The notes: generated from the sequence alone by a model not told the origin. A stretch of 64,000 nucleotides of DNA from a virus (IMGVR_UViG_3300025543_000016:1785-65784); one strand, 5' to 3'. Positions 31,062-41,310 are shown, numbered from the stretch's first letter. Program-made: numbers and translations.

Positions 31062-32708
31062 TTAATTTGCAGGACAAGGACCACCCGTTAAACTAAAAGT
31101 TTCAGTACTACTAATAATTGATCGACCACATATTGTTGTACTACAAATTGGAGATGAACATGTCTCTGTTCTATTTTGCTGAATTCCATTACAATCAATA
31201 TAACTGTATGTAATACTAGTATCATAAGGAGCAGATTGCCATTCAAGACATTGAAAATTAGTTGTTGTAAATAAAACATCTGAACAAACAGATTCTTTAC
31301 CGTTTATTTGTGTTGTTACTCTAATAGCATAATCAGTTAGATCTATAAGACCAGTAAATATTTCCGATATATTTGTTCCAGGTGCTGTAACATTTCTTGT
31401 TGCAGTTACAGCATTTGTAGCAACATTTATTAATTTAATTATATAAGATGCTGTATTACCAAGATTATTATTAAAAGTTACAGTTACACCATCAGGTTCA
31501 ATATTAGTAGCTGCAATATTGCTTGGACATGGTACGGTTAAATTTATAGTTTTATTAATTGTTTCTTTACATTCATTTACACCGTCAGTTAAACAAAAAG
31601 CAATACTAACATTTAAATTATCAAAAACATTTAAATTAGTTAAAGGTACATTAACAGAAGTTGCTGTACCAGCTACAGCATTAAAATTAAATACACTTGA
31701 AGAAGTTAATCCATTTACATCTGTTACTATAGCATTTGTACTACCTCCGCAATCTGTATATCCCGAAGAAGTAATCGCTGTATTAAAATTTAATGCAACA
31801 TTAGTTGGTATTTCCAAATTATCTTTAACAACAGATGCTGTATAGTTATACACTATTGAATCACAAGCTCCAGGACAACAATTTAATTTAATATCTTGAA
31901 TAGCTTGATACATATCGCATACAACAAGCCATAAATTTTTATTTGATTCAGCTAATGTATTAGTATTTGTAACCCAACCAGGTATGGAAGAATAAGTTGA
32001 ATTGCCATTTAACATATTATCACTTCCTAAAATACACTGTGCGTTTATAGCTGTTGTTATAAGTGAAGGTGATCCTACAGCAGATTCTAAATTACAATGT
32101 ACTCTTTCAATCTCTAATAATAATGTAGAAGCATTAATTAATGTACCTCCAGGTATTAAACAAGAAGATAAAACTTGAGCTTCATTAACGTTATTAGCAG
32201 AACATGGTAATACGCAATTTTCTAATACAATAAGTCTAGCTTCATGATCATCTAGTGTAGTTTGAATTAAAGTAATTGTGCTTAATATGTTGCATATTTT
32301 ATTACCTAGTAATATAGAAAATTCTTCAATAGGTAATACAGTTACTAAATTACCAAGATTATCATTATATTTAAGACATTCAGCTAATGTTATATTAATA
32401 GGATCCGCTGCTGCTGTTTGTGTTATGTTACATACGTAATCAATTATAAGTTGTAATATTTCTTCTAATGTGCTAGGTTCAGTTTGACCATCTGGTAATA
32501 CACAAAATAAATCCAAACCTGTAAGATTTGGTTCAGTTGCAGTACTATTTATTATTAAACAAAGCTCTTCTGCAAGTTTAGCAATAACATCGCTTATTGT
32601 GTCACCGTTACATAGATTTATACAAGGAATATCAGGACCTTGCCAAACAACACAATTTGAAGATATATTTGAGCATGGATTTATGCTTCCTGTATTTGTT
32701 GGTATCAT
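31062..32708 (-). CDS. Cys-rich fibre-like structural protein with FN3-like domain
   Basis: About 29 Cys; CSNISSNCVVWQGPDIPC N-terminus; short coiled coil (LDDHEARLIVLE); FTGLIDLTDYAIRV FN3-like segment. Confidence 0.6.
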   Translation of the reverse strand: MIPTNTGSINPCSNISSNCVVWQGPDIPCINLCNGDTISDVIAKLAEELCLIINSTATEPNLTGLDLFCVLPDGQTEPSTLEEILQLIIDYVCNITQTAAADPINITLAECLKYNDNLGNLVTVLPIEEFSILLGNKICNILSTITLIQTTLDDHEARLIVLENCVLPCSANNVNEAQVLSSCLIPGGTLINASTLLLEIERVHCNLESAVGSPSLITTAINAQCILGSDNMLNGNSTYSSIPGWVTNTNTLAESNKNLWLVVCDMYQAIQDIKLNCCPGACDSIVYNYTASVVKDNLEIPTNVALNFNTAITSSGYTDCGGSTNAIVTDVNGLTSSSVFNFNAVAGTATSVNVPLTNLNVFDNLNVSIAFCLTDGVNECKETINKTINLTVPCPSNIAATNIEPDGVTVTFNNNLGNTASYIIKLINVATNAVTATRNVTAPGTNISEIFTGLIDLTDYAIRVTTQINGKESVCSDVLFTTTNFQCLEWQSAPYDTSITYSYIDCNGIQQNRTETCSSPICSTTICGRSIISSTETFSLTGGPCPAN

Positions 32709-32752
32709 AAATATTTTATTTTACAACTAATTGATTCTATTAGTATATACTA

Positions 32753-32764
32753 TAATATACAAAA
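32753..32764 (-). promoter_or_regulatory. Representative copy of a recurrent promoter-like motif TTTTGTATATTA
   Basis: Near-identical copies at 15411, 29078, 37577, 38904, 44580 and 54050; TAnnTTTG variants at 30381, 41229 and 53650; all are intergenic and upstream of minus-strand genes. Confidence 0.65.
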
Positions 32765-32811
32765 GTTTTTATAATCAAACAAGTAGTTTAATTAAATTAT
32801 TACTATTAAGC

Positions 32812-33132
32812 TCATACAGACCATGGCGGAGAAGATGTTTCTTTTGAAGGATTTGTAATAGACTCTATTTGTGATATAACACTTTTTTTAATATCCTCGA
32901 CATCAATATTAGATTCAAGCCATTTAATAACCTCTTCTTCTGATATTTCAGAGTATGGCGTAAATGATTCATAATTAGGTTCATTAAGTTTTTGAGAACC
33001 ATAAACTTGACCTGTTATTCCATTTTCATCTTTTCCAATATATCTCCAATGAACTTCTGTAATTACATCTGCAAGTCCTTTCAAAATAAATTGTTTTTCT
33101 ACCGCTGGTATTGTCCATTTATATGTTATCAT
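32812..33132 (-). CDS. Small tail-fibre-associated protein (assembly/chaperone-like)
   Basis: TYKWTI..VITEVHWRY..FTPYSEISEEEVIKW..PPW family that commonly follows phage fibre genes. Confidence 0.55.
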   Translation of the reverse strand: MITYKWTIPAVEKQFILKGLADVITEVHWRYIGKDENGITGQVYGSQKLNEPNYESFTPYSEISEEEVIKWLESNIDVEDIKKSVISQIESITNPSKETSSPPWSV

Positions 33133-33151
33133 TATTTTTATTTTTAATTAT

Positions 33152-36100
33152 TTAAAAAACAGCATTTGTAACTAACGTTCCATTATCTGCAACTGTAATT
33201 CTGTGTCGTGTTCCATTTGGAGATTTAATTATAATACCACTTGCAATATCTTCAATCTCTACATCTTTTTTAACATTTACTCCACCGCTATTAGAAAATA
33301 TAATTTTTTTACCACCTCCTGGAACATCACTAAAAACTAAATCGTTAGTAGCGTTTAGTCTAACAGTAACCTCAGGAGTTTGACTACTCCCTAAAGAGCC
33401 AAAAAAAACACTATCTCTCGCAAATATGCCCCCTTGAACATCTAAAGTCGCGCCTGGATTAGTTGTTCCTATACCCACTCTTCCGTTTTTATTTAATGAC
33501 ATTATATTACCTACACCACCAGACGAATTACCCATAAAAAAGTCAAGTCTGTCCGAGTCATTTCTAATAATGGAATGTGTTACATATCCTTCAAGTATAA
33601 CGCCTTTAACACCTGCAATATATGCGCCAAAAGATAAAGTTGAAAAACATTTTAAATGATTTACTTGAGAAATGCCATCTAAATCTATATAATATACTAC
33701 AGACGCTCCCGTTTTGTAATATCTATTAGCTGATATGTTTACTGGAAACGTTAAATCGCTTGTGTTTTCCCATCTGCTATTTGCTTCGTTGTACATTAAT
33801 ATTTGACTATTGACAGGATTGTCAATATTTACATCGTGTAGTTCCCCTAACTCATATCCATTATCCACTTTAACAAATATCTTACCATTATTTTGGTGAG
33901 CATATTCTACAAACCCCACAATAATAAGATGGTTTGGTGAAATTGGTTTAACGTTTGTTAGAACCCCTGGAGTCACTGCTGACAAATAAAGTACGTCACC
34001 ATCGCTCCATGTTTCTCCTTGCAATGAACCAGTTGTATTTACTTTATTAATAGTTCCTTGAGTTGTTATAAAGCCTTCTTGATTGTTATTTATATCCTCA
34101 GTGACTAAACCTATTGTAGTTGCTGAATTAGCATCAGAATTAGCTTGAGCTAAATCTACTTGTAATCTTTGACCTTGAGCACCTACAACTTTAACTGCTC
34201 TATATTGAGATTCTAATAAATTAGAGTTTGTTCCGTTTACAACTCTTATGACTTGCTCTTGTCCTATTTGTAATGTTACATTACCTCCTTTTAACCCTAA
34301 GTCTAAAGTACCGTCAGTATCATTCCATCTAACAACACCTACACCTTCTAATCCTAAAGGTAATTGATCTAAAACACCATTTCCTGTTGATTTTATTTTT
34401 AATCCATCATGTAAAATTAAAGGCTTTTTAATACCCAAGTGATGTTCATCTAAAGTAGGTTGTGTTTGTATAGGATCTATTACAGGTTCTACAGCATACA
34501 TTATATTACCATAGTTATCATTTAAATAAAGATTTCTACCTTGATTGTAAAAACCTCTATTATTAAAAGCATCGTAATAATTATTTAAACCCCCATTTGT
34601 AGTGTATAAATGAACCTTACCTGGCGTAATTGTAGGAAATGATGTAGCTACATTTTTATGAGATGTAATTATTATTCTATTTGCTCTTTCATCAAGAGCA
34701 ACGTATCTACCAAATCTATGAAAGTATTCAGGATCTTCATTTCCAAATTGAATTTTAATATCAAATTCATTAGTAGTTTCGTTATAGTCAAATAAATACA
34801 CTTGACCAGTAGACTCTCCTCTTGTTTTATTATTCCCTTCGTATAATCCAGTTGGGTCTGAAATGGAAGTTCCATCAAAAAGTCTTATGTAAGCATCTAA
34901 ACCATCTCCTTCTTCCCAAGTCCAAGAACCTATTCCTAATGTTTTTCCATCATTTGAAATTCCCATACCTGAAGCAAACCAATCATTAAAGCTTCTATCA
35001 GGTGCTGTTATAGTTTGTTTGTATTTAAAATTAGTACCGTCATGTTGATAATAAAATGCAGCACCAAGTTGAGTTTTTTTCATGTTTAAATAAAACTCTT
35101 CAGGCGTTGGTTGAGATAAATTTGCAGGAATAGTTCCTTCTCCGTAACCAGACATCCCAATAATAATTTTAGTACCATCTCCACTTATTGAAACTGAAGC
35201 ACCAAATCTAGGTTGCATAGATGCAAAATTAGACAAAATACCATTTGGTAAAGCATATTGCTGATCTTCTAGTGGAAAATTAGTTGTACTATTTTTAAAA
35301 TAATCTGATTCAGCTTGACCCAGACCTCCAAGCCAATACTGTTTAGTAGTATGATAAACAATGTTATCCATAATATCAGGTGGACATAAAAACGTTTGTT
35401 CTCTACTCCAACCTCCTAGGTTTTTTACAAAGTAATGAGCTGTGCCTGCCTCAGCATAATCTCTTACAAAATAAGAAATATTATTAGTTGAGTAATCACG
35501 ATAATACTCTCCAACTACAAGTTTTGTTCCTGAGTCATCTAAGTCTACTCCAATACCAAATCTACTTTCAGTTTGAGGTCCTTCTACATTTCCGTACCCT
35601 GGTGACAGTAAAACATCTCTATAATCCCAAGAATTAGTTGTATTATTCCAATCATAAGTAAATACGGCGCCTGCTTGCGTAATAATATCAGTAGTGTTTG
35701 GTACCGTATAATTTGCATAATCGGCTCCTACAACCATTATTGTACCATCTCTATTTAAAGCACAACTTATACCATAATAAGATTCATTACTAACACTAGG
35801 TTCTGGATATGTCCTACACACAAAAATCCAAGTAGATCCATTCCAAGCATACGTTGTTACGCTTCCTCTATCTGCAGTATCTTCAGGATCTGTATTTCCA
35901 AATATATTACCTACAATTAATTTAGAACCGTCAGAACTAATAGCTGCTGATGAGCCAAATCCCATTCCATTTGAATCAAACCCTAATTCATTTGAAGGTC
36001 CTCCAACTATAGAACTTATATGCTGCGGAATATTATTTTTTTGAATTTCAGCATCAATTTTAATTTCTAAAAAATTTATAAATTCATCTGACTGTTCTTT

Positions 36101-36295
36101 TGTATAACTTGATATCCACTTCGAACCTTGCCAAATTTCTATTACTTTTAATGTTTCATTATACATTATTTGACCTTCTATAGGTTCAGAAGGTCTATTT
36201 TCAGTTGTTAAAGGTTGTATTATCGCATTAGATAATACATTTTGCAGCATATTAATATTTAAAGTTTTTATGTCAGAAAGATAAGTAAGCGCCAT
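33152..36295 (-). CDS. Tail fibre/receptor-binding protein with FG-GAP-like beta-propeller
   Basis: Six FG-GAP-like repeats (e.g. FGSSAAISSDGSKLIVG, FGASVSISGDGTKIIIG); ELGELHDVNI, GRVGIGTTNP and IKSPNGTRHRITV fibre motifs. Confidence 0.75.
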   Translation of the reverse strand: MALTYLSDIKTLNINMLQNVLSNAIIQPLTTENRPSEPIEGQIMYNETLKVIEIWQGSKWISSYTKEQSDEFINFLEIKIDAEIQKNNIPQHISSIVGGPSNELGFDSNGMGFGSSAAISSDGSKLIVGNIFGNTDPEDTADRGSVTTYAWNGSTWIFVCRTYPEPSVSNESYYGISCALNRDGTIMVVGADYANYTVPNTTDIITQAGAVFTYDWNNTTNSWDYRDVLLSPGYGNVEGPQTESRFGIGVDLDDSGTKLVVGEYYRDYSTNNISYFVRDYAEAGTAHYFVKNLGGWSREQTFLCPPDIMDNIVYHTTKQYWLGGLGQAESDYFKNSTTNFPLEDQQYALPNGILSNFASMQPRFGASVSISGDGTKIIIGMSGYGEGTIPANLSQPTPEEFYLNMKKTQLGAAFYYQHDGTNFKYKQTITAPDRSFNDWFASGMGISNDGKTLGIGSWTWEEGDGLDAYIRLFDGTSISDPTGLYEGNNKTRGESTGQVYLFDYNETTNEFDIKIQFGNEDPEYFHRFGRYVALDERANRIIITSHKNVATSFPTITPGKVHLYTTNGGLNNYYDAFNNRGFYNQGRNLYLNDNYGNIMYAVEPVIDPIQTQPTLDEHHLGIKKPLILHDGLKIKSTGNGVLDQLPLGLEGVGVVRWNDTDGTLDLGLKGGNVTLQIGQEQVIRVVNGTNSNLLESQYRAVKVVGAQGQRLQVDLAQANSDANSATTIGLVTEDINNNQEGFITTQGTINKVNTTGSLQGETWSDGDVLYLSAVTPGVLTNVKPISPNHLIIVGFVEYAHQNNGKIFVKVDNGYELGELHDVNIDNPVNSQILMYNEANSRWENTSDLTFPVNISANRYYKTGASVVYYIDLDGISQVNHLKCFSTLSFGAYIAGVKGVILEGYVTHSIIRNDSDRLDFFMGNSSGGVGNIMSLNKNGRVGIGTTNPGATLDVQGGIFARDSVFFGSLGSSQTPEVTVRLNATNDLVFSDVPGGGKKIIFSNSGGVNVKKDVEIEDIASGIIIKSPNGTRHRITVADNGTLVTNAVF

Positions 36296-36316
36296 AATTT
36301 TTATTTATAAAATTTT

Positions 36317-36835
36317 TTAATTTAAATAAGCTGTACCAGTAATTGGTATAACAAAGATTATATTTAATGTATTAATATTAAGATAATTTATTTCTGCTAT
36401 AATATCATTACCTTCAGCATCTTCTATTCTGACAGAAGGATTTTTACCAAGGTTATGATTTATTGTCCAAATACTTAAAGGTACTTCTTGCGTATGAACA
36501 TAATTTAAATCACTTCCACTTAAAGGTTTAGCAGCTTCAAGAATTTCAATTCTATTTATTAATTCTTGTATGTCAGCAGATGTCCAAGAAACAATTCCCG
36601 CATCAGAAGCTGTTTGACAAACTTGAATATTTGCAATAGACGAGTTAACATCAGATATAGCTACAAGATTTAAATTTAAAGCATCCCAATCACACAATTC
36701 TTTTTTTATTGTAGCTGATTCTACATCTAGAATACAACACGGTTCCATACCAAAACGCATTGCTGTAAAGTTTTTATAAATAGCTGTAGCAAATTTTGTT
36801 TTAGTTTCTATAATTTTACGTGTGATTGCACTCAT
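36317..36835 (-). CDS. Tail-associated structural protein
   Basis: C-terminal YVHTQ..WTINHNLGKNPSV beta domain seen in phage fibre proteins. Confidence 0.55.
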   Translation of the reverse strand: MSAITRKIIETKTKFATAIYKNFTAMRFGMEPCCILDVESATIKKELCDWDALNLNLVAISDVNSSIANIQVCQTASDAGIVSWTSADIQELINRIEILEAAKPLSGSDLNYVHTQEVPLSIWTINHNLGKNPSVRIEDAEGNDIIAEINYLNINTLNIIFVIPITGTAYLN

Positions 36836-36837
36836 TT

Positions 36838-36966
36838 TTATTTTGTTTTAGTTACAACTTTTGCTTCATATTCTTTAAGACAAGTTTTATGAACTATTGT
36901 TCCATCAGAAGCTTTTATTTTTTGACATCCACAAGTAAATCCTTTATTACAGTGTTTACAATTCAT
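36838..36966 (-). CDS. Small Cys-rich, putatively Zn-binding protein (42 aa), not in the ORF track
   Basis: MNCKHCNKGFTCGCQKIKASDGTIVHKTCLKEYEAKVVTKTK*; fills the gap exactly and has an A-rich leader. Confidence 0.7.
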   Translation of the reverse strand: MNCKHCNKGFTCGCQKIKASDGTIVHKTCLKEYEAKVVTKTK

Positions 36967-36987
36967 AATATATTGGTTTTTAATTAG

Positions 36988-37539
36988 TTAACATCCTATA
37001 GTTTTACAAGATATTTTTTGTAATCTTTTTTTAGCGTGGTTATATAATTCCATTCCTTCACCTGGGCTATTACAATATTCTGTTTTTGCAATAGCAGCAT
37101 CTATAATTGTTCTGATATATTTTATCTCATCAATTAAATCCTTTCTTTCGCTGTGAGGTTCACAACTAGTAACATCTATATGACATAAAGTTTCATAATA
37201 AAGTTTAAGTAAATTTGTTGTTCTTAAATGATTATATTCAACAAAAACTTTATTTGTTGGAGCAACGCTATATTTAATAATGTAAATACCATCTGTTAAA
37301 GCAGTTCTCATAGTTCCACAATTTTGAGTTTGCGTACCTAATAAACAACCATTTAAATTTAAATTAAAATTAGAATTTAATTTAATTAATACAGGTGTAT
37401 TATATCCAGGAGAAGTAATAAGCAATTCTTCACAATCTATGTCAAGATTAGATGCATATTGACTAGTATCTTTTATACTTAAAATTTCAGAGTTTGCAAC
37501 TGTAGGAACTTCAAGGCTTAATATATGTTTATTTGCCAT
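36988..37539 (-). CDS. Conserved structural protein (tail hub/ring-like)
   Basis: LTDGIYIIKYSVAP motif; synteny in the crAss-like tail block. Confidence 0.5.
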   Translation of the reverse strand: MANKHILSLEVPTVANSEILSIKDTSQYASNLDIDCEELLITSPGYNTPVLIKLNSNFNLNLNGCLLGTQTQNCGTMRTALTDGIYIIKYSVAPTNKVFVEYNHLRTTNLLKLYYETLCHIDVTSCEPHSERKDLIDEIKYIRTIIDAAIAKTEYCNSPGEGMELYNHAKKRLQKISCKTIGC

Positions 37540-37608
37540 TTTAATTTAATTATAAATATTTGCATTCTTATATATACAATATACAAAAAAAACTAATCAT
37601 ATTAAAAT

Positions 37609-37640
37609 AAAAAAAAGTGAGAGATTACTCCCTCACTTTT
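37609..37640 (-). terminator. Intrinsic terminator
   Basis: aaaagtgag..ctcactttt hairpin plus A-run, just downstream of 37663-38850. Confidence 0.7.
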
Positions 37641-37662
37641 AGTGTTTATAATTCTATTAATA

Positions 37663-38850
37663 CTATTGATCAATAGCATCTTCAATTGCAATTGGATTTC
37701 CAGAAGAATTAGCTGCTGTAACAAGTTTAGCTAATAATGCTTCAACTTCAGTTTGAGTTGCTGTATCACTACATTTAACAAAAATTTCATAAACATATTG
37801 ATCATTATCAAACACGCTAGTTGCATTATTTAATCTTGGAACACTATGTTGTACATAATAAGTTTTGTATAAAGCTGTGCGGTCTACTGCAGCAATAACT
37901 AAATCAGAACCTTCAATTTCACGCATACGCGTAGAATCAATATTTCCTTGATGATAAGGATCTTGTCCATAAGCTCCACTTAACAATAATTGTCTAAGTA
38001 CAGTTTCACCAGAAGTTTGTTGCATTGTACCAGGAGTAGAAGTTGATAAACCACAATCATTACATGGGTTTCCTGTTTCATCCATTACCGATGCAATTAA
38101 TTGTACAGGCTCTTTACCATAGTAATCACGTGTATCAAAAGAACAATCTCCAAATTTAGTATCAACATAAGCACCAACAAAAGTTACTTTAGCTGAAACA
38201 ACGTCAGTAACTGGATCAAGAGATGGCGTATAAGTTCCATCAAGAACTTCAGCAATTGTATAAGTAGTAGCAACACCATCAACTGTTACAACAACACCAC
38301 CTTCCGTGATAAAAGGAGCAACAATAGGATCAGCTAAAACCATTTTAGCTGCTTCAGCTATAACCAATGCTGGATCTAAAAAATCTTGACCTTCAACACA
38401 ACAAATATTAGCTGAGTCACCAATAGCATATGCATTACGATTTAAAAAACGTAAAGCAGGAGCACCTTTAACATCTAATCTTATTAAAAGAGAAGTATTA
38501 CAAGGAGCGCATTGAGGACCAACTTCAATAGAAGCTGTAGCTGCAGTAGCAGATATACAATTAGATTCCCATACTCTAGTTAAGTATTTAGGATTAATCC
38601 CTTTAGATTTTATGGATTCTGCGTAACCACCGTGGTTTTTGTTTCCACCAATAGTATCATTTGTACGCAAAGAACCTTGAACAAGGTAAGCTAAACCAGG
38701 TACAGGAAAAGTTCCAGTTACAGCAGTCCAGTTTTTACCATCAACTAATGCTAATTGACCTGCAGTCAAAGCACTTGTTTTAGTTCCGTTAGCAGCAGAA
38801 GCGTCTGTTGCTAAAAAGCTTTTATAAAAAGCATGATTAAAATAAGCCAT
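37663..38850 (-). CDS. Abundant virion structural protein (auxiliary capsid-like; crAss gene 73 position)
   Basis: MAYFNHAF N-terminus; own promoter-like motif and terminator; synteny downstream of the capsid gene. Confidence 0.55.
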   Translation of the reverse strand: MAYFNHAFYKSFLATDASAANGTKTSALTAGQLALVDGKNWTAVTGTFPVPGLAYLVQGSLRTNDTIGGNKNHGGYAESIKSKGINPKYLTRVWESNCISATAATASIEVGPQCAPCNTSLLIRLDVKGAPALRFLNRNAYAIGDSANICCVEGQDFLDPALVIAEAAKMVLADPIVAPFITEGGVVVTVDGVATTYTIAEVLDGTYTPSLDPVTDVVSAKVTFVGAYVDTKFGDCSFDTRDYYGKEPVQLIASVMDETGNPCNDCGLSTSTPGTMQQTSGETVLRQLLLSGAYGQDPYHQGNIDSTRMREIEGSDLVIAAVDRTALYKTYYVQHSVPRLNNATSVFDNDQYVYEIFVKCSDTATQTEVEALLAKLVTAANSSGNPIAIEDAIDQ

Positions 38851-38931
38851 TTTTAAAAAAATTTAAATTTATAAATAAAGTTTTTGTGCTATATGCACAT
38901 ACATAATATACAAAATATTTTTAATAATTCA

Positions 38932-39453
38932 TTATGCTAAGAATATTAATTTATATTTAGCGCTATTAATTGCTAATTTAGTGTTATCAAGCTCATTAAC
39001 AATTTCACTATGAGGCATAACTTTTTGTAAGTTTGCAATTTTTAAATTAATATCCCTAATATATTCAATAGCAGATTCTACATCTGGTAAATTAATCGGA
39101 GCTTGTGTTGTATATTCTAATATAACTTCGCAAGCACCTTGATATCCTTCAGCAATAATATCCGCTAAACCAGGTAAAGAATCATATATTTCATTTAAAG
39201 CTGTGTGTTGAGCATATGAACCTTCACCTTTAACTCTTAAATGTAATCTATGAAAACTTGTAGCAGCATTCATTAACTCTTGCACTAAAGTTCCTGTCAT
39301 TTTATCAACCTTTTGCATTTCAGGAGTTCTTTCCATAACACCTGTTTTATAAGTCATAGATTCCATTTTTTCATCTTCTAATTCAGATTCTTCTGAATAA
39401 GTTTTTCTAGATAATCTTTTAGGTTGTTCCATTTTTTTTAATGTTCTTTCCAT
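38932..39453 (-). CDS. Dps/ferritin-like protein
   Basis: FHRLHLRVKGEGSYAQHTALNEIYD..ADIIAEGYQG matches the Dps four-helix/ferroxidase pattern. Confidence 0.75.
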   Translation of the reverse strand: MERTLKKMEQPKRLSRKTYSEESELEDEKMESMTYKTGVMERTPEMQKVDKMTGTLVQELMNAATSFHRLHLRVKGEGSYAQHTALNEIYDSLPGLADIIAEGYQGACEVILEYTTQAPINLPDVESAIEYIRDINLKIANLQKVMPHSEIVNELDNTKLAINSAKYKLIFLA

Positions 39454-39455
39454 TA

Positions 39456-40157
39456 TTAATTGTTTCTTTCAGCTGTTTGTTGATTAGTTTGATATTGATT
39501 AAAATTTTCTATATCTCCCGCAATTAATGATGCTGCTTCATCTAATAATACTTCAACAACATCATTTTTAAATTCGCAATTAATATCTTTTAATGTATTT
39601 TTTCCATTGTAAGGATTTTGACAACCTGCTATTTCTATAAGTATAGGTTGTCTGTAATATGTTAATATTACATCTTTAATATCAAAATCTGTTTTATAAA
39701 CTCTAACTTTGTTTCCTATCCAAGTACAAAAAGTTTCACCCCATTCATAATCAGGACGTTTTAAAGGGTCTCTAAAAATTAAATCTACATTAGCTTCTTC
39801 TGATAAATAAACAGTCATAAGCCTTGGTTCTGAACAACATTCACTTGTAGCATAAGCTTTTATTCTTTTATATTCCATATAATTATCTGGAATACCTGAA
39901 CTTTCAAAATAAGTATCTGTAATAGAACCCGTAAGATTTATTTCTTTTAATAAAGGTTGTAAATCATCAATTCTTCTTTTAGACATTTCATCCCCTTCAC
40001 GATACATGTTATTACCATGAAGTTGTCTTCTTACCCATTCAGTTTGAGCTTTATTAAATGCTTCAACAATTTGCCAGCACTCTATGTTATCATAGTCATT
40101 GCTGGCCAATTTGTTTAATCTTTGTTTTAATTTAATTTGTAGAGTTTGATTATTCAT
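39456..40157 (-). CDS. Head-tail ring protein (crAss gene 74 position)
   Basis: LNKLASNDYDN..FNKAQ..RRIDDLQPLL motif; synteny. Confidence 0.65.
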   Translation of the reverse strand: MNNQTLQIKLKQRLNKLASNDYDNIECWQIVEAFNKAQTEWVRRQLHGNNMYREGDEMSKRRIDDLQPLLKEINLTGSITDTYFESSGIPDNYMEYKRIKAYATSECCSEPRLMTVYLSEEANVDLIFRDPLKRPDYEWGETFCTWIGNKVRVYKTDFDIKDVILTYYRQPILIEIAGCQNPYNGKNTLKDINCEFKNDVVEVLLDEAASLIAGDIENFNQYQTNQQTAERNN

Positions 40158-40167
40158 GTTTTATGTG

Positions 40168-41184
40168 TTAAGCGTTCCAATAAGGTTCAACTTTAGCCAA
40201 TAAACTTAATAATGTATCTTCATTAGATGGGTCTTTTAAATAATCCATAACTTCACCCGGTCTTTTACCTAATTTTTCTGAACTAAATATTGTTTCAATC
40301 CAACCAGAAGCTTTTGTTACTAAAAATCTATAATATAAAGCATCTTTTACTAAAGCTCTAACTTTTAAATCTTCCATGGAAGAGTTGGCCGCTTCAATAA
40401 ATCCTTGAGCTGCTCTTTTTTTATTAGACTCATTACCATCACCATTAATAAATGCATCCATGTTTTCATAAATAACATCATTAGGTGTAGATTTAGTATA
40501 TTGAACGCTATCAATATCAACAGCCTTAGCTACATACATTAACTTAGTAATATTTTTATCATAAAGTTTTTGTAACTCTACTAAAGCTTTATTTCTAAGT
40601 TTAGTATATTGAGTTCTTTCACTAATAGTTTCTTCCAATTGATCTAAATAAAACTTAGGTGCATTAACTGCTTTTTTAGCATCTTTTAAAGATTTAGCAA
40701 CAATTGAAAAACCACCAGCATTAATAGCATAAATTTTTACTAAATCATAAGCATCTTTAATTGGATCTAAAAATACAGGATCATTACCACATCTTAAACT
40801 AATTCTTGACCAAAATTTATCATTATCAGGTTTAAGTAAAGTTACTTTATTCCAGAAATCTTTATCTTCAACATCAAGCACATTAGATGCTAATTCAGCT
40901 TCTAATTGAGCAACAGTTTTTCTAATTTCTTTAATCTTAGCTTCTTTTTCTGCAGGAGGTAACATTTTTACATCTGGTGCAAATTCATTTAATCCAGTAA
41001 CATATCTTTTAACCCCATTGAGTTCTAAGCAAGCTAAGTTTTCTTCATGCCATACTCCGTCATGAAGTGCCATTCCATAATTTTCTAATCCCATGTTTTG
41101 CTTATTAGAATTAAAAAATGGACGTATGGCAATAGTTTTACTTTTGTTTTGCTGATACTTTTCTACAATTGTGTAATCATTCAT
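40168..41184 (-). CDS. Conserved crAss-like protein (gene 75 position)
   Basis: Downstream of the capsid gene; RYVTGLNEFAP..DKFWS motif. Confidence 0.6.
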   Translation of the reverse strand: MNDYTIVEKYQQNKSKTIAIRPFFNSNKQNMGLENYGMALHDGVWHEENLACLELNGVKRYVTGLNEFAPDVKMLPPAEKEAKIKEIRKTVAQLEAELASNVLDVEDKDFWNKVTLLKPDNDKFWSRISLRCGNDPVFLDPIKDAYDLVKIYAINAGGFSIVAKSLKDAKKAVNAPKFYLDQLEETISERTQYTKLRNKALVELQKLYDKNITKLMYVAKAVDIDSVQYTKSTPNDVIYENMDAFINGDGNESNKKRAAQGFIEAANSSMEDLKVRALVKDALYYRFLVTKASGWIETIFSSEKLGKRPGEVMDYLKDPSNEDTLLSLLAKVEPYWNA

Positions 41185-41270
41185 TTTTATTTTGGTTTTT
41201 GTTAATTAATAATTTGTTTAGGTTTAATCAAATGTACAAAATATTGTACGGTTATTATTAATATTTCTAA

Positions 41271-41310
41271 TGCTGATTTAAATCAGCAAAAGTTATTTGA
41301 TTTAAATAAC
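41271..41310. promoter_or_regulatory. Perfect 18-bp palindrome plus a second inverted repeat (possible operator)
   Basis: tgctgatttaaatcagca (41271-41288) and gttatttgatttaaataac (41292-41310). Confidence 0.45.

Noticed and set aside
33152-36295. Diversity-generating retroelement targeting the fibre
   Set aside because: No reverse transcriptase or template/variable repeat pair is visible in the window
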